Shown: positions 1 to 11,354 of the stretch, one piece after another | How the letters are laid out: each line of letters starts with the position of its first letter | How positions within the stretch are numbered: position 1 is the stretch's first letter | Notes under the pieces: generated by a model | Seen by the model: the letters and a program-made list of their open reading frames with translations, nothing else | Databases searched by the model: none | Told to the model about the DNA's origin: nothing | Program-made: the position numbers and the translations under genes | Origin: Paragordius varius | Lineage: Eukaryota; Animalia; Nematomorpha | Direction: 5' to 3' | Length of the DNA: 64,000 bases | Assembly: GCA_964247055.1 (NCBI GenBank) | Contig: OZ176051.1 | Span: 11,718,001-11,782,000, forward strand

Positions 1-169
1 TCACACGGGGTGGGCCCGAACTGGGAGCCTAATTCAAAAAAAGGGCGAAGCTATTGTCGGGGCATTCATTAATGATTATATTTTTTCGATATTTGGATTT
101 GAATGGGTTTACCTGTTTTCCGTAAACAGATAACAAAGCCAGCACTTTCCATTTTTATAAATATATAGA
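1..169 (-). mobile_element. Non-autonomous Helitron family, copy 1 (5' end; runs off window start)
   Basis: Reverse complement reads A|TCTATATATTTATAAAAATGGAAAG... and aligns by eye to 6398-6590 and 13908-14090, including the GC-rich block CCCAGTTCGGGCCCACCCCGTG. Confidence 0.75.
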
Positions 170-1196
170 TTAAGACATTATTACTTATAGATCTATTTTA
201 CAGAAGAATTATTCATTTCATAAGTGAAAGTAAATCGTCCCTTTTTCATGCGATATCTTAGAAAAATTATACATTGAAAACCAATAAAAAACAGTAATTT
301 GAAGCATTTTTCTAATTTGACGTCTAAATTGCTTTTAAAAATGTTCTGATTAAGATTATCACCTCTTCGCTAAATTGTGTTTTTAATTTTCTGTTTATAA
401 TATTCTTTTTGTCTTCAGAATTTTAAGACAATAGAGAAGCTTTACGGAGCTTCTTACAAATTTGTCCATAAAAAGATTTGTTGTTTTTTATTACCATTTC
501 CGATATTTTGAAGGTGCGATTAATTAATTTGCTGTAATTTTACAATGCAGTGTTTCTGGGCACTTTGAGCCTATCAGAATCGTATTTTTATAATTCATGT
601 TAATAAAATGTGTTTGGATATTTGCCTTTTTAGGCAAAGTCACGGTTAATTTACAAATCAAACAAGTAATTTATCATCATTGAAAAAAAACCCATTCATT
701 TCTATAACGATATATTTAGCATTTTCTAACTTGGATTATTGATCATATTATATTATAAGTTTGAAGGATACCTCCTTATGTTTTTTCGCTAAATTTAAAC
801 TATTTTTCAAGCAATTTACGAATATATTTATAAATAAATTGCTTAAAATAAATTTTAACAATACAAAATAAAAATATACGAATAAATTATAATTTTGTGG
901 AGAAAATATTCTATGCATAAATATTTTATGCATTTTTTTAAAAATTTTCAGACGGTCAAGCTCTGAAATTTCGCGGTCACGAAAATAGATAATAACTTAA
1001 TCAAATTATGTAGAATAACGGCAACCCGAAACTAGTATATTATTATTTAATAGAGATGTTTATATATGATCGTCATCATATCAATGAAATCCTTCATTAT
1101 CATTTGAAAATGTTATAGTTGTGACTATGATATCGACTCACTATTTGTATTATCTTAGTCGATTGATATATTTGAAAACTATTAGTTTGTTTACAG

Positions 1197-1484
1197 CAGT
1201 TCCCAAAAGTGGGCAACGCCCCCTGCGCGAAAAATTTGGAGAAATCAATTATAAGATAAAACTAGAAACAAATTAGAGTTTAATAAGGATCTTAAAAATT
1301 TATCAATATTTGTCCCCGATATGCAGATAATATTTCAACAATGGCAGATATAAGGATCTAATTGATAATCATTTTTATAATGTTATAATAAGATTTGCAT
1401 TTTTATTTTTTGGGGGAGGGGGGGACGCAAGAAAATTTTTAATTTATGGGGAGGTGGGGAACGAAAACAGGTTAGTAACCACTG
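1197..1484. mobile_element. hAT (Buster/Charlie-type) MITE
   Basis: Ends CAG(---)TTCCCAA ... TTAGTAACCACTG. Perfect 8-bp TSD GTTTACAG (1189-1196 / 1485-1492) with central TA. Inverted homolog at 1847-2135. Confidence 0.85.
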
Positions 1485-1846
1485 GTTTACAGAATCGTTT
1501 TTATAAATTAATTGTATTTAGTTACATTTACCATAGATGGTCTATTGTGACTTATTTGTCATTGTATATAATAAAGATAAAACAGAGATAAAAACGGAAC
1601 AAATACCTTTGAATATAATTAACATTCCATTACCTTTTAGAGTAGTTTTATTTCCAATTAAAATTTGAATACCTTAAAAAGTATTTAAGGTAAATTAAAT
1701 ATGCTTACCTTAGTCTTTAGGAACATTATACAATTTTTTTTTAAAAAAATGCAAAATTCAAAGTTACTCATTTTAAACTTCGCGTCATTTATTTCTATTA
1801 TATAATGTATGTTATAATTATAAAATGTAAATAATTAACTTTAAGA

Positions 1847-2135
1847 CAGTGATTCCCAACCTTTTTTTGCTCACGTCCCGACAAATTGAAAATAAAAATT
1901 CTTGCGCCTCCCTCTCAAAAAAATCAAGATAAACATGTAAAATATATTATATTATGAAAATCCCAAACAATGATATCCTCATATCTGCATTTTTTATATT
2001 TTTCCCATATCGGTGACAAACAATAATTCGCATCTGATATCCCTAAATTTGTTTCTAGTTTTATTTTTTAATAAAATTCTCCAAATTTTTTGTGACCCCT
2101 TAGATTTTTATATGCCCTCCTTTTGGGAACCACTG
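1847..2135. mobile_element. hAT (Buster/Charlie-type) MITE, same family as 1197-1484, opposite orientation
   Basis: TIRs CAGTGATTCCCAA / TTGGGAACCACTG. Perfect 8-bp TSD CTTTAAGA (1839-1846 / 2136-2143) with central TA. Confidence 0.9.
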
Positions 2136-3190
2136 CTTTAAGAAGCTAAACTAAATTTAACCAGCAAAATCTTGATTTTTGATTATAACAGTTCGCTTCC
2201 ATCGTGTTTTGAAGCTGTCAATTTTAGACTCAAGTCACAAAACTGTAAAAAAATAGCTTGTTTTATCTAATACATACTTTAACTAAAATAACTTTAAAAA
2301 CCGTAGTTATACAAAATTGAGCTCTGGTATATAAAACTACCCCAAAGTCTAAACTAGCACATAAAAAAGAAAATTTAATGAAATGCTAAGTCATTTAGCA
2401 TATATATTTTTAAATATAAAGAATAAGATTTCCAATACAAATATAATACGGATATGATGATATGGGAAAACATCAGATAAATCTTATATTAACAAATCAT
2501 GAATTGAGAATAATTAACTAATATTTCTACAAAACTCAATGATAAATGAAACTGGCTTTATCTCACAAAATTTACTTAGCCAACTTTTAATATCGTGTTA
2601 GTTTGGAATCATTAATCATGTAAAAAAAGTGTTTGTATAGTTGCCATTATGCTTCAAAAGACCAAAAATATTGAAATAGCGTCAAAATAATTGAAAGCAA
2701 CGCATTTAAAAAATACAATAAATACCCATCCACTGTCTCGTTCACCTTTTTTTAAAAAGACTACGCCATTTTAACAGTTTATACAAAGTAATTTTAAAAG
2801 TCGCTCTATAAAACTCATTACTATCTCATATATTTTATAATATCACTTATGTACTGATAAAATAAATCAATGTAATTAATTCAGACAACATTAATTTTGG
2901 TTTTAGTAATTTGTACAATTTAAAGACCTGGATGTAAAACCGTAAAAAATAATTATAATTTTAAAATCCATGTTAGATAATAGTAACGAAACCTAATGAC
3001 GTGTTGGTATTATTAATTTCATTTTTTATATAGGTTTTGTAATTGTTATCTAAATTCATATAATAGTTTTTTACATACTGTGGACAAATATACCCAATTA
3101 GTAATCTTAATTAAATTATATACAAAGAAGTGTTGAAAGAATCAAACAATAAATATTTATAATTTATTATATGTTGTAGTTAGAATTTTA

Positions 3191-4208
3191 TTATTTCTTT
3201 TTGGAATATTTCATCATAATATTTCGATACTTTTCGTCGCTTTTATACCAAAAGAGAAACGGTATCACAAGAGATGGTAGAGTCATAATTGCAAAAGTTA
3301 TCCAATCCATCTAAACAAAATAAATTGTGTGTTAAAATCATATGGACAAAAAATAATTATATTATAGGGTTAATTTAAGTCGGTAAAATTAAAGGAATAA
3401 TTAATTAATTTTACATGCAAATACATGTTAGAACTAGTTAAAACAAATTAAATCAAAACATTTAACTAAGTTTTGGTAATGTATTCAAGAATTATTTACT
3501 TTTTGACTAATTTTTTTAATACACATACTATATCGATATCATTGATCGGAAAATTTATTTAGATGTGTATAAATTACCAAAATCAAACATAAAAAAAGCT
3601 TAAATTAAGCGCAAAAAATAAATTTATAACACAGAAAAATTTAAATTTGTATATACCAAATGGTGGGAATACAGTTTATCAAAATTTTTGGTGGTCATTA
3701 TATTTACGATACCAGGGAAACTTGAGTAGAAATGCTATTTTATAAAATATTCAAACTTTGTGTTTTGGCGAAGACAAAGATTCCAAATAATAAACGTCGG
3801 CTGAAGTTGCATTATATTTTCCAGAAGTTTTTGGTTTTAAAATTACGGAATGTGAAACATTTGATTTACTGAGAAATATATTTAATAATAGAAATAAGAT
3901 AAATAAAATTTACCCATCAATTTTATTCCATTTAACATCAACCAATCCATGTTCCACTGAAAACATTTCGGTATCATATTTATCTTTCAGAGTTATATCA
4001 TAGGCCGGCCTTATGTATATTGTATATTTTAATACTCATCTCCGATATTGAAGATAGTGTATGTTACAACAAAATCTTTGTCTACTGTGAGCAATTTATT
4101 ATGGGAAACTTTGGAGGCTAAAAGATATGGGGGATTAGTTTTGTCGGTTTTTTCTCCGTAAACCAAGTATAACCAAAATAATAAACACGTACGCGTTAAC
4201 ATGTACAT
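3191..4208 (-). CDS. SSR2: Translocon-associated protein subunit beta (TRAP-beta), 5 coding exons: 4208-4036, 4009-3914, 3868-3757, 3734-3657, 3310-3191; 192 aa
   Basis: Manual splicing at GT-AG sites gives one open frame: MYMLTRTCLLFWLYLVYG (signal peptide) ...YLLASKVSHNKLLTVDKDFVVTYTIFNIGDEPAYDITLKD...GLVDVKWNKIDGKSNVSHSVILKPKTSGKYNATSADVYY...HFYSSFPG...FDKLYSHHLMDWITFAIMTLPSLVIPFLFWYKSDEKY...KKK*. This matches TRAP-beta hallmarks (LLASK, NVSH, DW..F..MTLPS..IP...W transmembrane segment). Introns are 26, 45, 22 and 346 nt. Confidence 0.95.
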
Positions 4209-5859
4209 TTTAGCTTATAAAGGTTAGAACACTGTTAAATTAATACTCATGCACAATTGACACTTTTAAAAAATATTATTTAAAATTTTTAGTAAAGTAA
4301 ATAAATTATTTTAAATATATATTTAAAATTACATGTGACCTCCAAAAGTTTCTAACCCAAATATACTAGTTTTCTTAACATAAGCAAGGGTCAAGTGACA
4401 GATAAATAGGTAACTTTGCGAGAAACAACTTTGTATATATTGTTATTAGGCATAGTTAGTTTTACATGATGATAACGGAATTTCCCATAAAATCAGGAAA
4501 TTAGATTAAATTATTATATAATTTTAATGGTGCTTTTGGTTTTCATTAGGTTGCTATAATAAATTCATTTTTATGTTGTATTATTGATATTAAAAATTGC
4601 AAAACAATCGTTGTTTAATTTAAATACCTCTAAATAATATCAAAAATTATAACAGAGATTTATATTTATTTTAATTTTAAATTGGAGGTTGACCCCGAAA
4701 ATTTCGTTTCGATAAACGGAAAGCCACGATTGCGCTAAAAATACATGCAATATTTCATGGTATTTTGAAACATACTGAACCGCAAAAAATGTTTTGAAAT
4801 ATTTTAAAACATTTTTTCTATATATTCAAAAAATCAGGGGTTATATCAGGATCCCAAGATGCGGTTTGGGTCTTACGAATTTAAATAATAACTTTGGTGG
4901 TTATAAATTAAAAAACACACAATTTGCCCACATTACACTGAGTCCGAAATCGGTGATAACATGAACTATGAAATACATATTCTGATTGATAAAAATATTA
5001 GTATTTTCATGGTGATTTTGGGTTTGGGCCTCACAAGACACATTGCATTGTTGCGATAATTGCTCAGTATCGAAATATCATAATCAGTGCATATTGCCCA
5101 ATGTTAAAGTGACCAGATAGGTTGTTTTTCGCAGTACAGTACTGGGTTTTTGAAAAAAAACCTCGCCTGTACTGCCCTGACTTTTGTGCTGCTTTTTGAA
5201 ATTTTTTTTATAAATATGTTTTAATTACCATTTATTTATACAAGTTTTGTTTGTAGAATTCGATAGAGTACCCTTAGTTAAAATAAATAAGTGTTTTTTT
5301 TTAACTGTAAAAAACTATGGCCTTTAATTTTAATATTTTATTTTCTGCTCTAATTATACATGGAGTTGGGTTTTGGACCGGTCAAATCGCTTATAAATGC
5401 AGCCATTCGCGAAGTGACGGAACTATCAATATAAGACTCCAGATTTAGGCCAACCTTTCAATCAGGGCTTCCGCAAAAGCGACCTCAAAAATAAACATAA
5501 AATAAATTAATATTTCAGTAATTTTATCTTTTGAAAATTCATCTTGTTTCATATAAGTTTCAGTTAAATTAAATTTATTTGAGTTTACTTTAATTATAAT
5601 TATCAAACGAAAAATTTTTATATTACCGCAACATATTATTTTTAAAATTCATTATATTTGGTTTCGATATAACCTTTTTTTTCTAGGAATAAAATAACTT
5701 TTTTTATGTTTTGGGTGGGAGGTATGTTCCTTATTTTTTTGCTTCCTTAAACTTTAATTTTAGCCAGTCTTTTCATTCTTTTGTGCATAAACAAATTTAT
5801 AGACCTATTTTAACACACAATAATTTTTTCATTAATTCCATTTTAATTTTCTTTTCCGT

Positions 5860-6023
5860 ACCTTTTCCTATAAACAAAATATGGACTACGGAAAAACACA
5901 ACTCACAATATATACTTTGAAAGCAAAACAGTCAAAAATACAGAAGAAAATTGTGAAGCTTCTTTAGACAAAATTTCGCAAAACCATAAATTATTGGGAC
6001 AAATACATAAATCTGAAAAATAT
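5860..6023 (+). pseudogene. hAT transposase C-terminal remnant
   Basis: Frameshifted translation INKIWTTEK / TQLTIYTLKA / CEASLDKISQNHKLLGQIHKSEKY resembles the end of the hAT dimerisation region (W..E...L....LKA ... LL..IH.SEKY). It lies inside the 5105-7097 TIRs. Confidence 0.75.
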
Positions 6024-6397
6024 ATATAATTTATTATTTTTACATATTATTACTATTATAAAAAAATAATTATTTATTAATAATTATGTCACGTCATATA
6101 CCATTGATTGGGTAGAATCAGAACTATTTGAATTATTTTTGAATTTTACACTGTAGCAAAGTCGGCATTTGAATAATTTTCTATCCATTCACCTATCTTT
6201 TTTTCATCTACGCATAGTTTTACCTGCTGTCAAATAGTAATTTTTTCTAAAAAGCTATGGAACAGAACTTTCATAAGATCGTGTGTGAATGATTTTATCT
6301 GCACGGCAACATCTTATAAAATATTTTTATTATCATATATTGGTAATTATATTGTTTTTGACAATTAGCATTTTTTAAAACAAACATACCATTATAA

Positions 6398-6912
6398 TCT
6401 ATATATTTATAAAAATGGAAAGTAGTGGCTTGGTGATCTATTTCCGGGAAACCGGTAATCCATTCAAATCCAAATGTCGAAAAAATATAATCTTTAATAA
6501 ATGCCCCGACAATATCTTCTCCCTTTTTTAAATTAGGCCCCCAGTTCGGGCCTACCCCGTGTAAAAAACGGGTTTTTTTGAAAACAGAAGTCCACAAAAA
6601 TCGTGTCTTTGAGAGAATTTTCTGGAAAACGTGTTGGACTATTCAATTATAAATATGATTTTTGTTTACTCATATTCGATTGCGCCGAACATAATCCGCT
6701 CGCTTTTTAATTAAGGCCCTCTATTTACCCGCTCCTCCCGTAAAATGCCATTTTTCCAAAAAATTTAAATTGTTAGAATCTATTTTTCGCCCAAGTAAAC
6801 AATATATTAGTATAAATGCACCCTTTTGAAATTCCTCTGAGATGATAGCTAATAATGTTTAGAAATAATCCACATATGTGGATCTTTTATTGTACCTTTT
6901 TTCAAATAACCC
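6398..6912 (+). mobile_element. Non-autonomous Helitron family, copy 2 (3'-truncated, nested in the hAT)
   Basis: Starts A|TCTATATATTTATAAAAATG. Colinear with 13908-14298 plus 16065-16190. Lacks the 3' hairpin and CTAG. Confidence 0.75.
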
Positions 6913-7105
6913 CACTGTACATACATTTATATTAAATTTTTTATAAATTTATTGTTGGATATTTTAATTGTTACTAATGAGATAAATAGTAACGAACAAT
7001 ATCATTTAATATAAAACGCCAAAAATCCGGTTAAAAAATAGGCAAATTATGTTTTAATTTTGTACTGCGCCAGGGTTCTAAATATCTGGTCACATTACCC
7101 AATGT

Positions 7106-7440
7106 GCATAAAAATCACCTGATCAAAATATATTTAAATGGGAAAGGGTATCAGGATTATCATGGTACTTTTAAGTTTAACCCTTGCAAGAAAATTATGA
7201 TAATTTCATTTATTGAAAAGGGCAAAGTTTGCGCACATAAATAAATTTTTTTGGTTAGAGCTAAATGCTTCATTCCATAAAATATTGAATTATATCATAC
7301 ACATAAAAAGCAAAACAATGATTTGAAAAAATCTTATTTTAAAATGTGGGCTTCCAAAGTACCAAATTTTTCTCTCACTTCGAAATAGACGCAAAAATGT
7401 TGAGATTGCGCTTAAAATTTTAAATATATGCATTTTATAC
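7106..7440 (-). repeat. Inverted partial copy of the CACAGTG-ended interspersed repeat (continues at 5085-5104 across the hAT insertion)
   Basis: Reverse complement aligns by eye with 7890-8297 (motifs TTTTGGAGCCC, TGCGCAAAT, AAAAGCAC/AAAAGTACC). Confidence 0.6.
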
Positions 7441-7456
7441 CAACTAAAACTATTCT

Positions 7457-8297
7457 CACAGTGCATAATTTTTCCAAAATAATTTTAGCAAAATTTTGTT
7501 GAAGCCTCCTTCATACTATTTTTACCTTTCTGAGGCATAATGGAAACGGCATAAATACGCCTTAGACATTATCAAATCAATTTAACATTATAATTCGGTG
7601 ATGAACATTCCTATCACCTCAGAAATTTGATAAAATTATCTGTTTATCTTCAAACTTATCTTAAATATAGAGTCATTTTTTACATAAATCTTCGAAACAT
7701 GAAAACAAACGAATTTTTAAATTAAATTTCTGTAGCGAAAATATTCAGCATCAAATTATATAGAAAAGCGTGTTTATTATCTTAAAGCGTTTTTAACTGT
7801 TTCCACGAGGCCTCAAAATAGCATGTACGCTTCAACTAATTTTCGCTAAAAATTGAATTTTGAAAAAAGTATGTTTTTTAAAAATTATTTTTATACCAAA
7901 ATTTAGCCTATATTTAACCTTATTGTCGCGCAATATCGTAATTTTTAAGTCTATTTTAAAAGAACTAGACCATTACAGGCAAAAAAGTTGCGACTTTTGG
8001 AGCCCCTATCTAAAAATTAAATTTTTTTTAAAAAAATAGTATTTTGTTTTTTATATGTAGTTTATAATGTAATTTAGTGATATTTTTGAAATTAAGCATT
8101 TTTTCACCAAAAAAATTCATTTAAAAAAATGTGCGCAAATTTCACCATTTGATATGTAACACTTACCAATGTGTAAAAAACTTTCTTTAAGGCCTCGTTA
8201 GGGTCAAAACCAAAAGCACTCTGATAATCTTGATACATATTTCTAACAGAATCTATATATCAGGATATTTTTTATACCCCCGATTTTGTACACTGTG
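7457..8297 (+). mobile_element. Interspersed repeat / putative MITE with CACAGTG...CACTGTG termini
   Basis: Heptamer inverted termini at 7457-7463 and 8291-8297. Homologous copy at about 20400-21256. Fragments with the AAACCAAAAGCACC motif near 4530, 5020, 13475 and 13695. No TSD seen. Confidence 0.6.
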
Positions 8298-8608
8298 AAA
8301 GTAAGAATTTTGCAATAATTTTTATTATTTTTATATTTTTGAAATATTTAATTTAAAGTGGCCTGGGGTCATTAACCATCCCAATTTGAATAGACAGACT
8401 GAAATTGTTTGTATCCAAATAATAAGCAAAATATCTATTTATCCAGAAAAAATTTTTTTGATATTAAAATTCAGCTAACAATATTGAGCAATCTCGGCGT
8501 TTTCTTTTTTGTATGTATTACTAGAACTCACCCATTTTGGAGGGTCCAAAAATTTGAGACTTCATTAAAGACATCTTAAAATAAATATTTTATGAAATTA
8601 TTTTGAAA

Positions 8609-9668
8609 TGTAGTTATGATATATATTTGATAGACTTGAATACATACATGAGCCAACTTTAGACTAGACAATTATATATTAGGTTTCGAATACATTTTTG
8701 ACCAACTATATTTTTAAATTGTATCACTTTGGTATGTAACCTGCACACGTTATTTCACCTTGGTTTAAACATACATTTGGCGAGGTCTTTTGTACATTAC
8801 ATTCGCGCATGGAGAAATTAAGTCTAGAAGCATATAATCCCGCAACTAGCTTTGATGACTATATCAATTATATAAATAGAATGTCAAAAGTGAAATTAAT
8901 TCAAGGAAATGATAAAACAAAAAAAACTTGTCATTGGCCTACATCGGTCTATCCCATATTCCAAAGTTGAAGAAATTCTTTTCCTTACTGTTAGAGGAAG
9001 TGGGGTGGGAGGCTTTGGTAGCAGCTGGAAAAAAATATTTGCTCCGACATACCATGTGTTTGCATTGAAGTTCCAGTTAACGCAACTCCGCAGGGAAGCC
9101 ACGGAATCAGTAATGGATTATTTGATTCGGGTAAAGGGATGTGCTCTCTAGTGCAACTTTGGGCAGATGCTATGATAAGAGTCAGAGATGGGTTTGTTGG
9201 ATGGTTACAACTCAAGAGATTGAAAATAGATTTGTTCACGAAATATCCAGATGCAATGTTTGTTGGAAAACCTGTTACGTTGGAGATGGTGGCAAAAACG
9301 GCCATGGCTACGAAAAAGCGGATAGTTGTTAGATTGAACAGGGTTCTGACAATAGGCAGTTGATGATAATAAAAAAGAAGTGTGGAAAGTGTGGGTACGT
9401 GCATGTGATCAACTGGTGTCCCGCTTCAAAAAAAGAATGTTATCGATGCAAAGGACGAGGTCATTTTGGCGGGTGTTGCTGGCGAGTTAATAATTTGAAT
9501 GGTAATAGTTAATAATGAAGCCCGAACGCAAGCAAGTCTGAATGGCCATTGGGTGAGGATGGTGTACGATACCGGAGCTCAATTATCATTGATTGGGAAA
9601 AGCACGTGGATGGAAGGCCGACGCGGGTCCAATAATTGGGTTCAACCATCAAGGTGTGGAGGCTGATG
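8609..9668 (+). mobile_element. Ty3/gypsy (Mag-like) LTR retrotransposon D, 5' part: putative LTR 8609-8775, PBS, gag, N-half of protease (decayed)
   Basis: TG...CA segment followed by TGGCGAGG (8778). ATG at 8809 gives MEKLSLEAYNPATSFDDYINYI, homologous to gag at 47478. Twin zinc knuckle CGKCGYVH...CPASKKECYRCKGRGHFGGCC and protease VYDTGAQLSLI. Frameshifted. Confidence 0.85.
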
Positions 9669-11354
9669 TACTCAAATCTATCATATCTCCTTATCCGATT
9701 CTGAGTCGATCTGGTGCTTTTCTTTCCCTAGGAGGATATCTTCTTTCAGGTTCTTTCTCAGTTGTCGTTTCCGTTTTCTTTTCAACCTGGGTATCTTTCT
9801 CGTTTTCTTTTTCTTTGCTTTGATTTGTTCCTCCCCACTTCCTGATTATGGGTTGTAATATTACATTCATTAGTTTGGGTTATTGTTGGACCCCCATCAT
9901 CTCCCTCTCCGCCCTTCTTGACGCCGGTCGGCCGTAATTGATCCGCATGTTTGCGAAGGGTTCGATTTCCATTTTTTACCGTGTACGAGAGTACCCCTGT
10001 TCTCTCCAAAATTGAACCTTTTCTCCACCTAGCATTAATTTCATTCTTTATCACCTCTTCGTCCAATGTGAAAACTTGATTGGGTATGATGTGGTCATCT
10101 AATTGTTAAGAGGGTGTTTCCCTAGCCCAGGAGAAAGGGGTATTAATATTTCTTTTGGCGGAAAAAGTTATACGGCACTCTTTTGTGGCGCTATGTACGG
10201 CGGAGCGATAACCCCATAGCACTTGATTTATTTTTTAGTCAGGAGGGAGCTTAGAATCCGTTAGCGATTTATAGTGTGCTTTTAAGGTGTAAATGACACG
10301 TTCCTACAGCCCATTTGTTCGTGGATGATAGGGGGCACTAGTGACATGTTTGATGTTTGCTGGTTGCAAGGTATCTTTAAAATCCTTCAATGCAAAATAT
10401 GATGCATTATCGGTAACTATCATTCAGGGAACCCCGGACCTTACACACCAAATTTCTAACCAATGTAATATGTTTGCGGAATTAACATTTCTTAGCAACG
10501 CGACTTCAACACATCTGGAGCTACTATCGATCCAGATATATCCGTTCCCAGATACCCGTATTAAAATTCCATTTGTACGTGGGATTGCTTTTTATGTTAC
10601 TCCGGTTTAACTGACACCCCATACAAGATCTCACATAATTTTCGATATCTTGGTTTATACCTGGCAAGTAAACCCTAGCCTTGGCAGGCGTTTTCATTAC
10701 ATTTGCCCCGGAATATCCAACATGCAAAAATTTTAACGTTTCATTGCGCAAAGCCCTGGGAATAAAAAGACGATCGCCTCAATATAACAAACCATATGAT
10801 TATTGTATTTCGTTTCTTATACTCAATATTGAATTCAAAATTGGAGCTGATCAATCATTATGATTAGCGCTTTTAATGTCATCAAAAACTCATCTCGTAA
10901 ATTTTCTTTAATTCACTGTACGAAGTTGTCTGTGCAAAGTTGATTTGCCTGCTGATTGCTTGCTCCTTAACCTCCTCAGTCGGTTCTTTATACGGTAGAC
11001 GAAATAACCAATCCGCCAAATTTTCAGAACCATTAATATATTGTATATTAAAATTATAATCGGCTGTTCTGAGTAACCATCTTAATGATCTACTATTGTT
11101 AATATTACTCAGAGCTCTCTTAAAGCCAAACAACCTGATTAGAGGTTTATGATCGGTTAATAATACGAACTTTTTGACATACACAAACATTTTAAACTTT
11201 TCCAGCGCACATAAAATTGCCCTAGATTCTTTTTCAATCACCGAGAATTTTTGTTCTGTTCGCACATTTTCGAGACGCAAAACTATCGGACGTTTTCATC
11301 ACTTGACATATGTGATAAGACTGCTCTGAATCCGTCATTCGGAGAGTCTGTTTC
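9669..11354 (-). pseudogene. Ty3/gypsy pol 3' half (RNase H, integrase zinc finger, core and C-terminus), probably of element D, inverted
   Basis: Motifs ETDSP..GFRAVLSH, FSVIEKESRA, LLTDHKPL, H.G....MK...CMGCQ, IVTDNASYF...HVTSAPYHPRTNGL*E and RKHADQLRP, with several stops and frameshifts. Confidence 0.92.

Larger units (their letters stand above)
5105..7097 (+). mobile_element. hAT (Blackjack-like) internally deleted DNA transposon
   Basis: 15-bp TIRs TAAAGTGACCAGATA / TATCTGGTCACATTA (14/15 match). Perfect 8-bp TSD CCCAATGT (5097-5104 / 7098-7105). Subterminal CGCAGTAC repeats at both ends. Confidence 0.9.

Noticed and set aside
6295-6597. 100-aa ORF in Helitron copy 2 (also 13982-14182, 14845-15159 and 15525-15731)
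   Set aside because: The frame is not conserved between repeat copies, and there are no Rep/helicase motifs.
7457-7500. Complete V(D)J recombination signal sequences
   Set aside because: Only the heptamer is present, with no ACAAAAACC nonamer at 12- or 23-nt spacing at any CACAGTG checked.
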